Below are positions 48,598 to 62,311 of a DNA stretch of 64,000 bases, one piece after another. Origin of the DNA: Botryllus schlosseri (taxonomy: Eukaryota); the NCBI GenBank assembly GCA_051294905.1, contig CM119371.1, positions 34,536,001-34,600,000 of the forward strand, given 5' to 3'. The position numbers were made by a program, and so were the translations under genes. Under the pieces are notes generated by a model. That model was given only the letters and a program-made list of their open reading frames with translations, had not been told where the DNA came from and searched no databases. The first letter of the stretch is position 1. The number at the start of each line of letters is the position of its first letter.

Positions 48598-50859
48598 TAG
48601 GGCAAGTTTGTGCAACTATTTATAGATTTTTTAAGCGGTTTGGAGGGATTTTATAATGCAACCTTTTTAACTCTTTCTCTATTTTCATACCAATTTTTAC
48701 TGCAACTTTTATCAAATGATGTGTGAAAGTGTAAAGGAGTGATCTGAAAACATGCTACAAACTATTTCTAGTATGGTTCTAATCTTTTTGATTTGCATAA
48801 CAATGTGTTATACCAGTGGTTCCCAACCTTTTTCGACTAATCGCCCCCTTTTCAAACTCCACACCTATCATCGCTCCCCAAATATTGGGAACCGAAAATG
48901 GGCATACAGACTGAAATCACCGGCGAGTTGACTAAGAAAAAAGGTCAACTTTTCGGCTAGGCCTCGAAATTACACTTTTCCCGCTAAATTTTGGTGATTT
49001 GACTAAGAAAAAGGTGATTTCTCCGACTTGATTCCAAAAGGACCGTAACAGCACTTCGTCAGCCCCCCTCCAATACGTTGTTCTTGCCCCCCCCCCTCCA
49101 TAGGTCGATAAATCAAACTTCTGACCCCCCCCCCAATACGTTGGTCTTGACCCCCCTCCATAGGGCGATAAAGCCAAGTTCTGCACCCCTCAGACCCAAC
49201 TCCCCCGATACCTCTTTACCGCTACTTCTCAGCACAATTTGTTGGATTCTTTAGTTAGTCGGCTTAATTCGCGCGAAGCGCGAATTTTTTTTATCATTCA
49301 TGATTAAATCGGTCAATATGATTGGGAATTGCATATATATTGCAGTCAATTTTTTATCCTCTCTCTGCTCATGTATTCAGATTTACCGGTAAAGTTGAGT
49401 GAGGTGTCTTGGAAAATGTAGGGCCCGTAAATAATAATTGAATATATTCGGGCGGAGCCGGGCGTATAATGACTTTGTTAAGTAATGACATTTCGTGGCC
49501 TGTCTGCTATGTCAAAAGATATTCAAATCGCTCATACGTATTAAACTAAAAGAGGCATACGATTTCAAATTGGTATTTCTGCACCGGCAATTGATTTTTC
49601 TCTGCGAGATGGCATTTTTCTGTAGGGTCCTGATTGACAGGACAGGAACACTATATGGCGCCAGCCATTTAGGCGCCTATTGACAATCAAATATATATGT
49701 ATATCGTATATATATCGAAGTCGGTCAGCATAAAGGCAGTCCTTTTCCGCCAAGGCTTTCTCGTTCTGGCACACTTCTCGGAGTCGCATGTTCCATGGCC
49801 TGAAACTTCATGTCTTGGTGCTTCATGGTGTGATAATGCCTGACGCCGAGATGCCCATTTCTATAGCTCATGCGTATTATTTCTTGGAGTAAGGGTATCC
49901 AATAAGCAAGAAATATGTGACCACGAAATGGCGCGCTGCGCGAATTTTTTTTTAAAAAGTTGCCTAAATTTCTAAAATAATACTCTGTGATTAATGTTAA
50001 TTCACGAAAAAATTGTGGGCCTCCTTCGAGCTCGGGCCCCCCTCCCAATTTGGGGTTTGGGTGTGGCAGTTACGGCAATGGACGGCAATATAGCCATTTC
50101 AACGCACCATCGCCCCCCTATCGCCCCCTTCGTCCGTTTTCGCCCCCCTATCGCCCCCTTGGCTATTTTCGCCCCCCTGGACCGACAAATCGCCCCCTGG
50201 GGGGCGATATCGCCCACGTTGGGAACCACTGTGTTATACGATGGGTTAGCTGCATTTGACTGTTATCTATGACACAATGGCTTGTAAGCAAGAAGTTCAA
50301 CTATACCTCTGCCAAGCACGACTGTGCCCGAAAAATAGGTATATAGACCGCTATATTTATTATGTCGTGTAAATTTGACATAGGTTCTCATTACACAAAC
50401 GCTCAGGCGAGACCGCCGTAAATTACATTTTCACGGGTGACCTTTTTCAGGCTATTGATTTTGTTAAAGTCGCTTAGAGTGATTTTTTCTGCAATCAATT
50501 TGGTCAACTTTGCAGATTTAAGAGGTTTGAGGTGTGCTATCTGACTTGTTTTAGGAGGATAGGTTATGCTAGGCTGTTTGGCTTTTTTTGGGGAGGGGGG
50601 TTATTCCCGCATTTCGCAATTTGCTGTGTACCGATGAAAATTGTCATTTTTGGCGGTCTCACCATTCGCCAAACCGTCCGTGAAATGAAAAAGTAACAAT
50701 TTTGAAAGCTATGCAGGAACCAGTTCATATAACGGAACCGTTTAACTATCTCATGCCCTAATAAATCAACAAAAATTAAAAATGCAACTTTTTACTGCAA
50801 ATTTTGTTAAAATTAAGTGCAACTTTCCCGCGATTTTACTGCAACAAAAACTTGCCCTA
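48598..50859. mobile_element. TAGGGCAAG-terminal element with nested CAGTGGTTCCCAAC element (48814-50231)
   Basis: Outer TSD CTAATCAG; inner TSD TGTTATAC with TCGCCCCC subterminal repeats. Confidence 0.88.
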
Positions 50860-52433
50860 CTAATCAGACTTTCAGAGTCGTCCGCAAGCGAAGTTGGGCT
50901 GTAAGCCAGGAGAGATCCATACTTCACAGCAGCTGCATGAAAATAGGGTTGCATTTAAAACAAACGGAGTTTTAAAACATTTTATATAAAACATGTTTTA
51001 ACTACAACAAATCCCGAGGAGTATTATTTAGGTGCATGAAGTATACACAAAGTGTTCTTGATTTGCGGCAAGATTTCTTGTTTATGAACAGCCCCCACTA
51101 CAACTGGTGGAAATTGAGCCAAATTTGATGTGTAACGTTTTTTAGTTATCCCAACAACTGTAGCTAATAACCGCAATAATCTAAAACAAAATTATTTTGG
51201 AACAACCCTAATGTTTACTATAGTACGGTAACTGGAATTCTTTTGACGCAGCATAGTGGATGCTTGATTTGGACGGTTGCCGGGTATTACGTTGGACCGT
51301 GTCAACCTCAGACAACGATTAGTAACGCAGCTGCGACAAGCCAGTCACAGCGGCGTCAACAACTGATTACTTTATTGTGGCTAATTTATGCACGACAAGG
51401 TAATTGTATGATAAATAGATTGAGAATGTTAGTGGGTGTGGGACTGTGGGTGTGTGTACGTCTGCACGTGAGAATATATTTGCATCGTGTAAGTTTGTAT
51501 CCGATCATGTATCGATAGTTATGATGTTCAAGTTTTGCAATCTGTAAGTGGGAATAAAACCTTAGACCACACCCTGCATGATATTTTTCAGAGCGAAATT
51601 CAGGAAGCTCAGGAACAGATTCGGGTATGTAGTATGATTTTGCTTCAATAATGCAGTGCTCTTCAACCTTTTTCGTCGTGGTACCATCTCTTAAGGTGTA
51701 CTCAAAATTCGTACACCCCTGACACATAGTAAACCAATTCCGCAGTAAGCGTGATCCAGGGGTGTTCAACCATTTTGCTAAACACGGCCGCATTTCGGTA
51801 GTATAAGGCCCCATTCTAGCGGAGAGTCGTCGTGGCTTATCTGCACCGTTTTGCACCGCAGAAGACGTCTGTGGTGTTCTGTGCCGTCACTGAGAGAAGT
51901 AGGCTACCTTGCGTATAAGAGTTTACAAATGTAGAAGCAGAACATCCTCGCAAGTTTACTATATATGTACTAAAACTACGTATAAAATTCGGTTCATAAT
52001 AGTCGTGTGGAACGCAAAAATGTTTTTAGTTTCGTCAATAATACTGGTAGTTTGACATATTACTGTCTGTTTTTTTTTCGCCTTTATTTATCCATTCTTA
52101 TCCCACGTGATCAGATTACCCAGTAGAGCTGATGAAGGGATGCCTTCGAATAATTTTGGCACAGCATTTCTGATGATTCAACTTCCGCTTATTAATCACT
52201 TTGTTGCATGTTGTTATCTCTCATCAGGATTGTGGTGTAGTCAAAATATTTTGGAATCGCCTATACGTATCAGAAAAATCTTCATTCGTGAGACGCACAC
52301 GATTCCAACTTGGTATTTGTTCATGGGACGCATCATTTTCCTCTGCGGTTCGCATTTGTATGGCGGTACTTGGATTGTATGGATTGGCTTGTATGAGATT
52401 GACTTGTGACTCGGAACCTTTTGACTTGGTTAC

Positions 52434-55400
52434 TGTTATGTTCGTGCATTTACGTTCACTGTTGTTTCCTATGTCTCCTGATTTCTATAGGACTAGTAAT
52501 TAACTCCAATCATTATTTCCTTGTGTGTCGTGCTTGTATTTATATCCTGTGTTCTGTTGTCTCGTGGTCTTTTCATTTAACTGTACTCTGGATCGTGTCG
52601 CTGCCTTAAAGTCATACTGCTGTAAAATATACTGATTTCGTATTGCAACCTCGTCGTATTGAGTTATTGTTCAAACAAGATCAAGAACATAACAATTGGT
52701 GTCAGAAGTCGGATTCATAGTTATTTCTGCGACGAAGATAAAGCATGGATTCAGGTTTATTGAAGCTGCCCGAGAAGCAGCAGGCAATGATGGCAAGCCT
52801 ACATGAAACAATGGCAAATCAAAAAGCACAGCTGGAGCAACAACACGCACAGCACAGAGAAGATTTGAAGCAACATGCGATGCAGCAAGCAAAGCATGAC
52901 GAAGCAATGGCAAAAGTCATGACAGAGATGGCGCAGTTAACACAGAGGTCGAGTCCCGGTTCGTCAACATCTGAAGCTACCGCTCCCAAGTTTGATTCGT
53001 TCATCAAATCAAAGGAGAAATGGGACCAATATCTGCAACGATTCAACCATCACCTAGCAATTTACGGCATTTCCAGCATGGAGAAAAAAAGAGCGTGTCT
53101 ACTCTCATGGGTTGGACCTGAAACCTACTCGCTCCTACGTAATTTGTTTGGTGCTGCTGAGGTCAGTGCGCAAACTTTCGACGCGTTGACTGAGAAATTG
53201 TCTACACACTTCAAGGACTCCATTCATGTGCAAGCAGCCAGGTACGAATTTTACAATTGTAAAATGCAGCCGGGACAATCGTACGCCGATTGGATCGCTA
53301 CTCTACGCGGAATCTCCAAAGATTGCAACTTCATATGCTCAAGAGATGGCTGTGATCAGAGCTACGTTGATGAGCTAATGCGCGATCTCATCATTAAAGA
53401 AACGCCGCACGCGGATGTGAGACGGCATTGTCTAACACAAACCAATCCATCCCTTGACGACGTTCTCAAAGTAGCCGCAACATACGTGAGAACGCTGGAA
53501 ACTGATAGGGTTATCCAAGGCGAGAGTAGCAGTAAAGACGCTTCCATCGTCAACAAAATGACGGGAAGTTATCAGAAGGGGAAAAAACCTTCCAAATCCA
53601 TCCACGGCAACTTCCCGGAAAGACTGAAATCCTGCAGCCGCTGTTTCATCGATCACCAGAGAAAAGACTGTCAATATCGACATTCAGTATGTCAGAAATG
53701 TGGTCGTAAAGGTCATATCAAGCCTGTGTGCATGTCCAAACCTAGTATCACGCAACAGGTCACATCCGTCAATTTCTGCTCAGTGCCGCTCCTCTCCTTC
53801 GACATCGATCAACTATATCGACGCGTAGGAAACCAGCTCTGGATCAACTCCAGCATCAACGGCATTCCGTTGCCGACACAGTGGGTCACTGGTGCACCCT
53901 CCGCCATGGTGGGATTGACTGGGTACAAAACTTTGGGCTCTCCGAAACTCTCAGCATACCATTGCTCTTTCGTAGCGTATGGCGACAAGCCACTGAAAGT
54001 GAAAGGTATTTGCACTGTAAGCGTGCAGGTGGGTTCCGAAGTTCGAGTTGGCTTAAAATTGGTAGTTCTCGACGAACACCGTGGGCAAAACATTTTTGGT
54101 CTGGATTGGAGCGATGCTTTCTCCGTGACCGCTAAGGGAACGTCTGCTTTGGATGCAATTTCCTCGCAGATGGTCAAATCGCAATCATGTAATACTATTG
54201 ACATTTGTGATTCGAACGACAAATTGGTATCTTTTCAGTCCAAATTTCCCTCCGTTTTCTCTAATGTATTAGGACGATGCACCAAGACAAAGGTGACAAT
54301 TCACTTGAAACCTAATGCCAAGCCCGTATTCAACAAGCCACGCCCTTTGCCTTTCGCAAGGCAAATCGCTGTTCAAACCGAATTGGATAGATTAGTCAAT
54401 CAAGGTATCCTCGAACCAATCAATTACAGTGATTGGGCAGCACCAATTGTTGCCGTCACTAAATCAAATGGATCAGTACGCATTTGTGGTGACTTCAAAG
54501 CATTGAATCAACAAATTCAGATAGATCAACATCCCCTGCCCTCCTTGGATGAAATTCTTCACAAGTTACAGGGTGGTTGTATTTTCACGAAAATCGATCT
54601 TGCCGATGCTTATTTTCAGCTAGAATATTCCGTTATCGACGCATGTGTTTCGGAGTCGCATCTAGTCCCGCAAATTTTCAACGCTGTATTGATGCCATGA
54701 TCGCCGGCTTACCCGGTGTTGCTAGTTTTATCGATGACATAATCGTTACTGGCATTGATGAACGCGATCATTTTCGCAACTTATCGCTACTCTTTGAGCG
54801 CCTCACCGAATACGGTTTCACCGTCAACTTCGCTAAATGTGAATTTTTCAAAAGTAGTATCGAGTACCTTGGTCATATAATCGACAAGGATGGCAAACGC
54901 CCGTCTAACAAATCCGTTGAAGCAATCAAACAGTTGCCTAAACCTCAGGATGTTCGCCAGCTACAGGCATTCCTGGGCAAAGTAAATTATTATCGCGCGT
55001 TTATTCCTAATTTCACGAATAAAGCCGCTGCCTTGTACCGTCTTCTTCAAAAAGACGCGGAATTCATTTGGAATGCGGACTGTGATGCAGCTTTTTGCAT
55101 TCTCAAAAACGACGTAATCGACGCTACGCAGTTAGCTCATTATGATGTAAACAAGCAGCTCATTTTGTCAGCTGATGCTTCTCAATTCGGAATTGGCGCT
55201 GTCCTCTCAATCGAGCACAATGGCGAAGAGAGACCGATCGCGCACGCGTCAAAAACACTTTCCGATTCGCAAAAATCCTACTCTCAAATGGAGAAGGAAG
55301 CTCTGTCAATCATTTACGGAGTCACTAAATTTCGTCAATTCTTGTATGGTAGAAAATTTACGCTCGTAACGGACCACAAACCGCTCTTAGCTATTTTCTC

Positions 55401-57186
55401 GCCGGACAAGAAAATTCCCGTGATTACAGCGCAACGCTTAGAGCGATGGGCACTAACGCTCATGGCTTATCAATACGATATTCGCTATAAACCGACTAAT
55501 CAGCACGGAAACGCCGACGGTTTATCCCGCCTACCAAAGGGTCCAGACCCTGAGTTTGACGAACTGGAAATTCGTGAAAACGCGGAGATCGTTCACGCTA
55601 TTAATATGGCATTCGATGGCTTACCGTTAACTCGCAATGAAATTCGCGATGCGACGCTGAAGGACAAAACCATGAAACTAGTAAAATTATCTGTCACTCA
55701 TGGTAATTGGAATCCAAAGGTGCACATTGATGATTTTTCTTGGTTTTCGACTCGCAAACATTCGCTTTCTCTGCACGAAGACATAGTCATGCTCAATATT
55801 GATGGGTTTCAGCGCGTAGTAATTCCGCAGTCACTTCGCTCGCGAGCCTTATCATTGTTGCACGAAGGACATTGGGGTATCGCGAAAATGAAGCAGATGG
55901 CTCGACGTTACATCGCATGGCCTTCCATTAATCGCGACATTGAAAATCTCGTCAAGAGTTGCGACGCTTGCCGTAAGGTAATGAAAGCGCCTGATCGTCA
56001 GTACCGCGAATGGCCTAAAACTTCTGAAAGCTTTGAACGAATTCACTTGGATTTCGCAGGTCCAATGAACAACAAGATGTTTCTTGTCATCGTCGATGCG
56101 CATTCGAAATATCCTTTCGTTAAAGTAATGAATGTCGGATCTACCACAACCTTGTGTGTAGTCAACGCTTTGCGGGAAGTCTTTTCTATTGAAGGCTTGC
56201 CCGTAACAATTGTCACGGATGGCGGGCCGGAATTCACATCGAATGAATTCGATACGTTTTGCTCTAATTTGGCAATCAGCCACATCGTATCACCGTCTTT
56301 TCGCCCTGCCTCTAACGGGGAAGCGGAGCGTTTCGTCCAGACTTTAAAAGCTGGATTAATAAAAAATTGCGACGGGGGAAAAGATCTCAACTTCGCGCTC
56401 CAAACACTTCTCGCTACGTACCGATGTGCACCGCACCCGGGCATAGACTGGAAAACGCCTGCCGAGATTTTACATGGTCGACAGCCGCGCAATTTGTTAA
56501 GTTTGTGCTCGCCCTTCGACAAATCGAAACCCGTTACGCCTGGACAATCTGTCACTCATTTCGAGATTGGTTCCACGGTTTACGCTCGCAGTTACCGAAG
56601 CGGACCAAAGTGGGTTGCTGGCGTGGTGACGGAAATACTGGGGCGTGTTGTGTACATTATAAAAACGGATCATGGGTATTGGAGGAGGCACAAAAACCAA
56701 CTCCAACCACGCTTGATTTCCACTGGTCATGATAAAGCCACACAGGAAGTTGCTCAGCCTCAACAGTCCCAAGCTGAGCAACCATTGGTCAGGAATACGG
56801 CACAACGCCCTGCAGCTAGTCCTGCTCAATCGTCGGGCAGACGTTATCCTCTTAGGAATAGGAAACCCACCGATTTCTATAGACTTACGTAAATGTGGGC
56901 AACCCTCTAACTTACAGGGGAGGACTGTTATGTTCGTGCATTTACGTTCACTGTTGTTTCCTATGTCTCCTGATTTCTATAGGACTAGTAATTAACTCCA
57001 ATCATTATTTCCTTGTGTGTCGTGCTTGTATTTTTACCCTGTGCTCTGTTGTCTCGTGGTCTTTTCATTTAACTGTACTCTGGATCGTGTCGCTGCCTTA
57101 AAGTCATACTGCTGTAAAATATACTGATTTCGTATTGCAACCTCGTCGTATTGAGTTATTGTTCAAACAAGATCAAGAACATAACA
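52434..57186 (+). mobile_element. Ty3/Gypsy LTR retrotransposon, copy 2 (full length)
   Basis: 261-bp LTRs 52434-52694 and 56926-57186 (3 mismatches seen); TSD GTTAC; same PBS and PPT as copy 1. Confidence 0.97.
52745..56892 (+). pseudogene. Gag-Pol polyprotein of Gypsy copy 2 (49-bp RT deletion, protease D to V)
   Basis: Continuous gag-PR-RT ORF until the deletion at ~54626 relative to copy 1; WVTGA instead of WDTGA. Confidence 0.92.
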
Positions 57187-58315
57187 GTTACAACCCTGCA
57201 TAGCAATTAGCCAGTAGCCACGTCTCAGATTTTTGCACGTTTCCAACCTTAAACAAATATTTACAATGATAACTTTACCCCAAACACATATGCAGAAGAG
57301 AGTAGCTTGCTAACAGTCAATTGTTCCTATACCTACGACCAATTATACGTGATCAAAGTCCTACAAATAGCCCATTGACGCACATATAAATAAACAGTAC
57401 GCTTGTTGTACCCGTAATAATTTCTTCAATGCATGGTCGAGTAATCATTGGCGGGTGAACGGCATTCTAAATTTCAAACTAGGATATCTCAAAAATCTCT
57501 GAAAATATGCGCTGGAATATGAGATAAGTATGTCATTTTAGCTTTGGTAGATTGCTTTTAAGATTGGTTGCTTCAACGAACAAACGTCTGCGTCAGCATT
57601 ATGGAAATCGAGTTTTTGACATTTAGATAGAATCAATAACGTACCTCGTCTCAAAAACACGCTTTTGGTGCCGAATCACATCAAATATCTCGTGAAATCT
57701 GATAAATCAATATGTTATAGATTCGACCCGATGTAGTCAATTCCAACTTTTGTGTCAAAGCCCCTAGTGTTGAGATTCTTTCTTGGCTCCTCGGCGACAT
57801 CTGATCCGCGTGAGCGGCGACGTAAATTCATGTGACATCATAATAAAGATATTCGGTTTGGTGTAAATGACCATTGCAGTCGCAAAACACCATGAGTACC
57901 GTGGGTCGCGTGTAAACGCTGATTCGCTCGATCATTCTTTTTGGTTGCTGGTTTTTGGTACATTTCAATGCTAATGAAATGAAATATAGGCCTACGCAGG
58001 ACCGTGGCAATGGCAGGACGTAGCGGAAATCTAAAGCACAAAGCAATCAAGATCTATAGTTAGTTGACGTCGCATTCTAAGCTAAGATCTATTACATTAC
58101 AAAGTCGTCTCCCTGGTGGCAGGACTTGTGGCTTTGTGAAAGCTTGAATTTCAAGTGCAGCCCGACAGCAAAATATTCGAAAAGTAATTTGAACATGAGT
58201 CCAAAATCTGACATTACAAATTCATGTCTATAAGCGTAAGCTTAATTTTACCTAGTTATCAAAATCAAGCATACCAATGGGAACTCTGACAGTTTGGTGC
58301 CCCCCGTCGTGCACT

Positions 58316-59534
58316 CAGAGGTGGTCAGTAACGAAGTACTTCTACTTTTTGGAAGTACTCAAGTAGTTTCCCTCTACTTCTGGTACTTACTCAAGTAGAT
58401 CAGTTTCTCTACTTCTACTTTTACTTCGTAATATTTTGTGATCAACTTACTTACTTTTCTCTGTTTTCAGTTTGTCAAGTAGAAGTAGTTTACTCCACTA
58501 ATACGAAAGATAGCCTGAGGAATTTCGGGGCTGTTTTCACGGAGTACCAACACTTAATATTCATAAAAGTCAAGTAAAGCCCAGAAATTTTGTTAAGCTT
58601 TGTGCACAGTATAGTTATGGAGTGACAAATATAATTTAGGTACCGGATTGCTTGGTTCCGCTCACACCACATTGGCGCCCATATTCAATATTTCATCGCA
58701 GTAAATATGGCCCACCATAACGTTTGAAACTACCGAACCTATCATATCGTGACGTGTCCTGCTAATCTGGAAAATCCTGCTTTCTTGAACGTTACACCTG
58801 TTTTAGTAGATCCCCTTTGAAGCTTTATGGACAAAAGACATGAAATATTTTCCGCTTTTTAGTAGTGGTATATGTATTTCACTTTTCATTCCGAGTATCA
58901 TACTTTGAGTTCTAATTACTTTCAGTTCTCTTGCTGGCAGAACATACATGTTGAAGCGTAAAAGCAAGTGCAGCAAGGCCTATATTTTCTGAAAATAAAG
59001 CTTCACTAAATATAACTTTTACGATGCACAATATTCGTTATTAACGTATACTCAACGCGCAAAGTGTGAAAACCGTAGCTGATACAATTTTTCCGTATTG
59101 CTCTTCGCCTAAACTTGAGACCTTTATAATATGGGGTAGTGTACCATGCCATGATATTCTCTAAAATGGGGTCTTCTAGTAAACAGAGCGTTAGTATCGC
59201 ATTTTCATATCAATACTATAAGTTGCCTCTCATGATGCGAAAGAATACTTATTCTGTCGAAATACCTCCTGGGATGCATCAATACAAATCAAGCTCTCTG
59301 AACCTTCCGCTTAGCTCAAATTGCAGCTTTTGACAGTCCGTGCGAACGAATTAAGACTGTTTTCACAACTACCTACTTACTTGAGTAGCTTTAAAGTCAG
59401 TCAATTCTCCTTCTCCTTCAAGTAGTTTTATGTGGATAATGAAAGAAGTACTTCTAGTCGTTCCTGAGTGGATTTGTTCGTCGCCACTTCTACTTATACT
59501 TGAGTAGCTTTCTTGACTACTTTGACCATCTCTG
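58316..59534. mobile_element. MITE with TACTT/AAGTA subterminal repeats
   Basis: CAGAGGTGGTCA...TGACCATCTCTG; imperfect TSD; relative at ~18572-19082. Confidence 0.7.
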
Positions 59535-59966
59535 CTGCACTACGCTATATATATATCGACCTACAATTAAATAATTAAATAAAAGGGCAAAAGAAAACAG
59601 GAAACAAAAGAACATCAAGATAATCCGTTTTGGGCCCTTGTTAAGCGCCTCCAGCGTGGGCGGTCGTTGGCGTCTTCGAGCGAAAGTCCGCGTTGCGCTA
59701 GCTCGGTCTCTATTGGTACATTCTCATATACCAGGGAATTCCAACTACTGAGTGTTAATAAGTGCGCTGAATTGAGAAGTGGGTAGCGGAACATTTTCAA
59801 ATCAAAATTTTGGGTCGTGACCATAAAAAGGCTGAAAGCCCCTGGCATATACGAAATTCAATTTGCCAAAACATATACTCACGTGTTCTAAAGCCAATCA
59901 TCATTTATTTTATATTAATAGGACTGGGAGTGGATATTAATGATGATTTTGATTTTGCATTTATCC

Positions 59967-60099
59967 GTACACTGGGGAGATTGGGGGCCTTGCTCTGCTC
60001 AATGCGGGTCTGGAACAAGGCGCCGAACAAGGAGTTGCGGGAGCCGAGATAATTGCGATTCGGAGCAATCGGAACACTGCGAGTCCGTGTGTACAGCCG
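59967..60099 (+). CDS. Thrombospondin type-1 repeat exon (5' boundary uncertain)
   Basis: VHWGDWGPCSAQCGSGTRRRTRSC..C..C..C followed by phase-1 GT donor. Confidence 0.75.
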
Positions 60100-60964
60100 G
60101 TAGGGAAATGTCATGTTATCGTTATTGGAGTCAGATTAGAGAAGACGAGAGTCTCACGCCACTGTCCAGTCGTGTTACGGGATAAATATTTGCTGATCTC
60201 ATTATACTGTACCTGCAAAACATTGCTGTAAGAAATCTGTTTATAATCTCACCTGGGCGTCTTGTACCCATACCGTCACTATATTTGTCAGGTATTTTTT
60301 GTTTTTTGTTTGTTTGTGGTATTCATGAATCATGGTGCTTGTCGACTACTGTCGTCATCTACACCAGGCCGATATTCTTCATCATTTTTATCCCGTAACT
60401 GCCGACTTATAGCAAGGTCCACTTCTAGGATTTTGTAATACACCGCTTACAGGGATGAGGTGGCGAGGACGAGCCTAGATAAACCCCCAAAACTTAGGTA
60501 TAGGAATTGTCAAGTCGACTTCGGTCGGACTCGAACAAGCAACCCATCCACCGTGCGGAGTTTCCGGAAGCCAATTTAACATGAGTATGTGCCATCCAGA
60601 TGGGCCATGACGACTCTCCGCTGGAATGCGACGGTAGGCCATAGACGTATTCGAAATGCGGCCGTTTATAATAATAATAAGAAGGTTGAAAGAACACCCC
60701 TGCACTAGGCTTACTACGAAATCGGTGTATAAACAATATTCGGATGTTTGCTATCACATGGGGAATCAAGACACTGCAAAAACAAGTTCAGTCATGACAT
60801 TAACCAAATATTTTACGTGCTTGAAAAGGTTGACAAAAGAGGGAAGCCATTTATTGGTAAAAAAAATTCCAAAGAGGCCACGGCATCAAAAAGATTGGGA
60901 ACCCCTGTTCTAGACTTTTCAAATGCACAACTTTCGTTGATAGAAAAGTCTTGGTGCTTTTCAG

Positions 60965-61120
60965 GGTGGGCGTCATGGACACGTCAGGGTGCATGCAGCT
61001 CCACATGCGGCGAGGAAAGAGGATTACAGCGCTACACGAGGCAGTGCCGCAGTGAATCAGGATGCATCGGTAATGATGAGCGATATGGATGGTGCACCAC
61101 CGGAGTGAAATGTCCATTAG
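60965..61120 (+). CDS. Thrombospondin type-1 repeat exon
   Basis: TTTTCAG acceptor, GWASWTRQGACSSTCGEERGLQRYTRQC..C..C..C, GTAAGG donor; phase 1-1. Confidence 0.85.
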
Positions 61121-61374
61121 GTAAGGACTTTGGTTGGAATTGAGAATGTGATCATTTGCAAAAGTAAGCGGTGCATAGGCGGGTAAAAGGTATTGCGAGT
61201 TACTGCCTCCGATAACAAAAAGCTGTGCAAATGAACAACCGTGTATACGTTGCCGAGAAGTCGATCATTCGCATTTACTGCCGACAACTCGAGGCAGCAA
61301 GATTTTCCTCCCACCCGAGCAACGGTGTGCAGTGGTATTGAATGACATGTTGATATGGGATATGGCAATGTTCA

Positions 61375-61462
61375 AGTATGGTGGGGTGTGGGGATTCCCT
61401 GGTATGGTATGGGGGGTATGGTATGGGTGGTATGGTAATGGTATGGCTGGTATGGTATAGGT
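61375..61462. repeat. Degenerate (GGTAT)n simple repeat
   Basis: Visible tandem GGTAT/GGTGT units. Confidence 0.7.
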
Positions 61463-61926
61463 GTGAACTCTACCGTGTAAACCGCTATCCAAATTACATC
61501 GACTGATACTTTCGCGATCACAGAGTCACTTCATATCTATTTCCTCCAAAGCCATTGTTGGGATCAAGTCACTACCTTCGAGTCGCAAGTCATATCCAGT
61601 CATTGCATATTTTGATGTTGGTCAAGTCAAGTCGAAATTTGAAGATCAAGTCAGGTCATTCGATATTTGGAGGTGACTCAGGTCGAGTCAAGTGAAGTTA
61701 AGTCAATTCGAGTCAAGTCCCCAGTCAAGTGACAAATTCGTGTCAAATTTTCGAAGTATGAGGCAAAATTCAAGTATTAGTGGCATTTTGCAGGATGATT
61801 GAAGTACCCATTGGAGTAGGCTACCCTAGAATCGAGTAAGGACTATCGAGTTAATTCTACATTCATAAGAGCGTTGTATGGCTCACACAAACGAAGAACT
61901 TCTATACCACGTTGGTATCTGTCAGC

Positions 61927-62311
61927 TAGGCTTACCATATTTCGGAAATCTAAAAAGAGGACACTTTTTTAGAAATTTGCAACTTAGAAAACCGAGGTCA
62001 TCTTTTCCGCTCAGAGCTCAAAATAACGTTTTACTCTCCAAATTGCCAGGTGGATGACTAGGAAAAAAAAAAAGGTCATCTTTTCGCTCAGAGCTAAAAT
62101 CACCGTTTTTCACTCCGAAATACCCGCCGGAGCGTCACTTCTGTGCTAATTTGCGGCATATCACTCGCAATTTGCTCTAAATCTGACCTAAATTTTCAAA
62201 AAAGAGGTCAAAATCTCAAAAAAGAGGACAAAAGGGCGTCCTCCGAGGACACTTTCAAAAAAGTCAAAAAAGAGGACAAATCCTCTTAAAAGAGGACGTA
62301 TGGTAAGCCTA
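61927..62311. mobile_element. hAT-type MITE (AAAAGAGGAC repeats) nested in the ~61553-63121 element
   Basis: TIR TAGGCTTACCATA...TATGGTAAGCCTA; TSD CTGTCAGC. Confidence 0.9.

Noticed and set aside
49987..50272. Pro/Gly-rich ORFs
   Set aside because: Derived from TCGCCCCC subterminal repeats of the 48814-50231 element
52129..52165. Third hammerhead candidate CTGATGA-AGGGATGCCTTC-GAAT
   Set aside because: GAAA core is broken and no clear helix I/III or Penelope context
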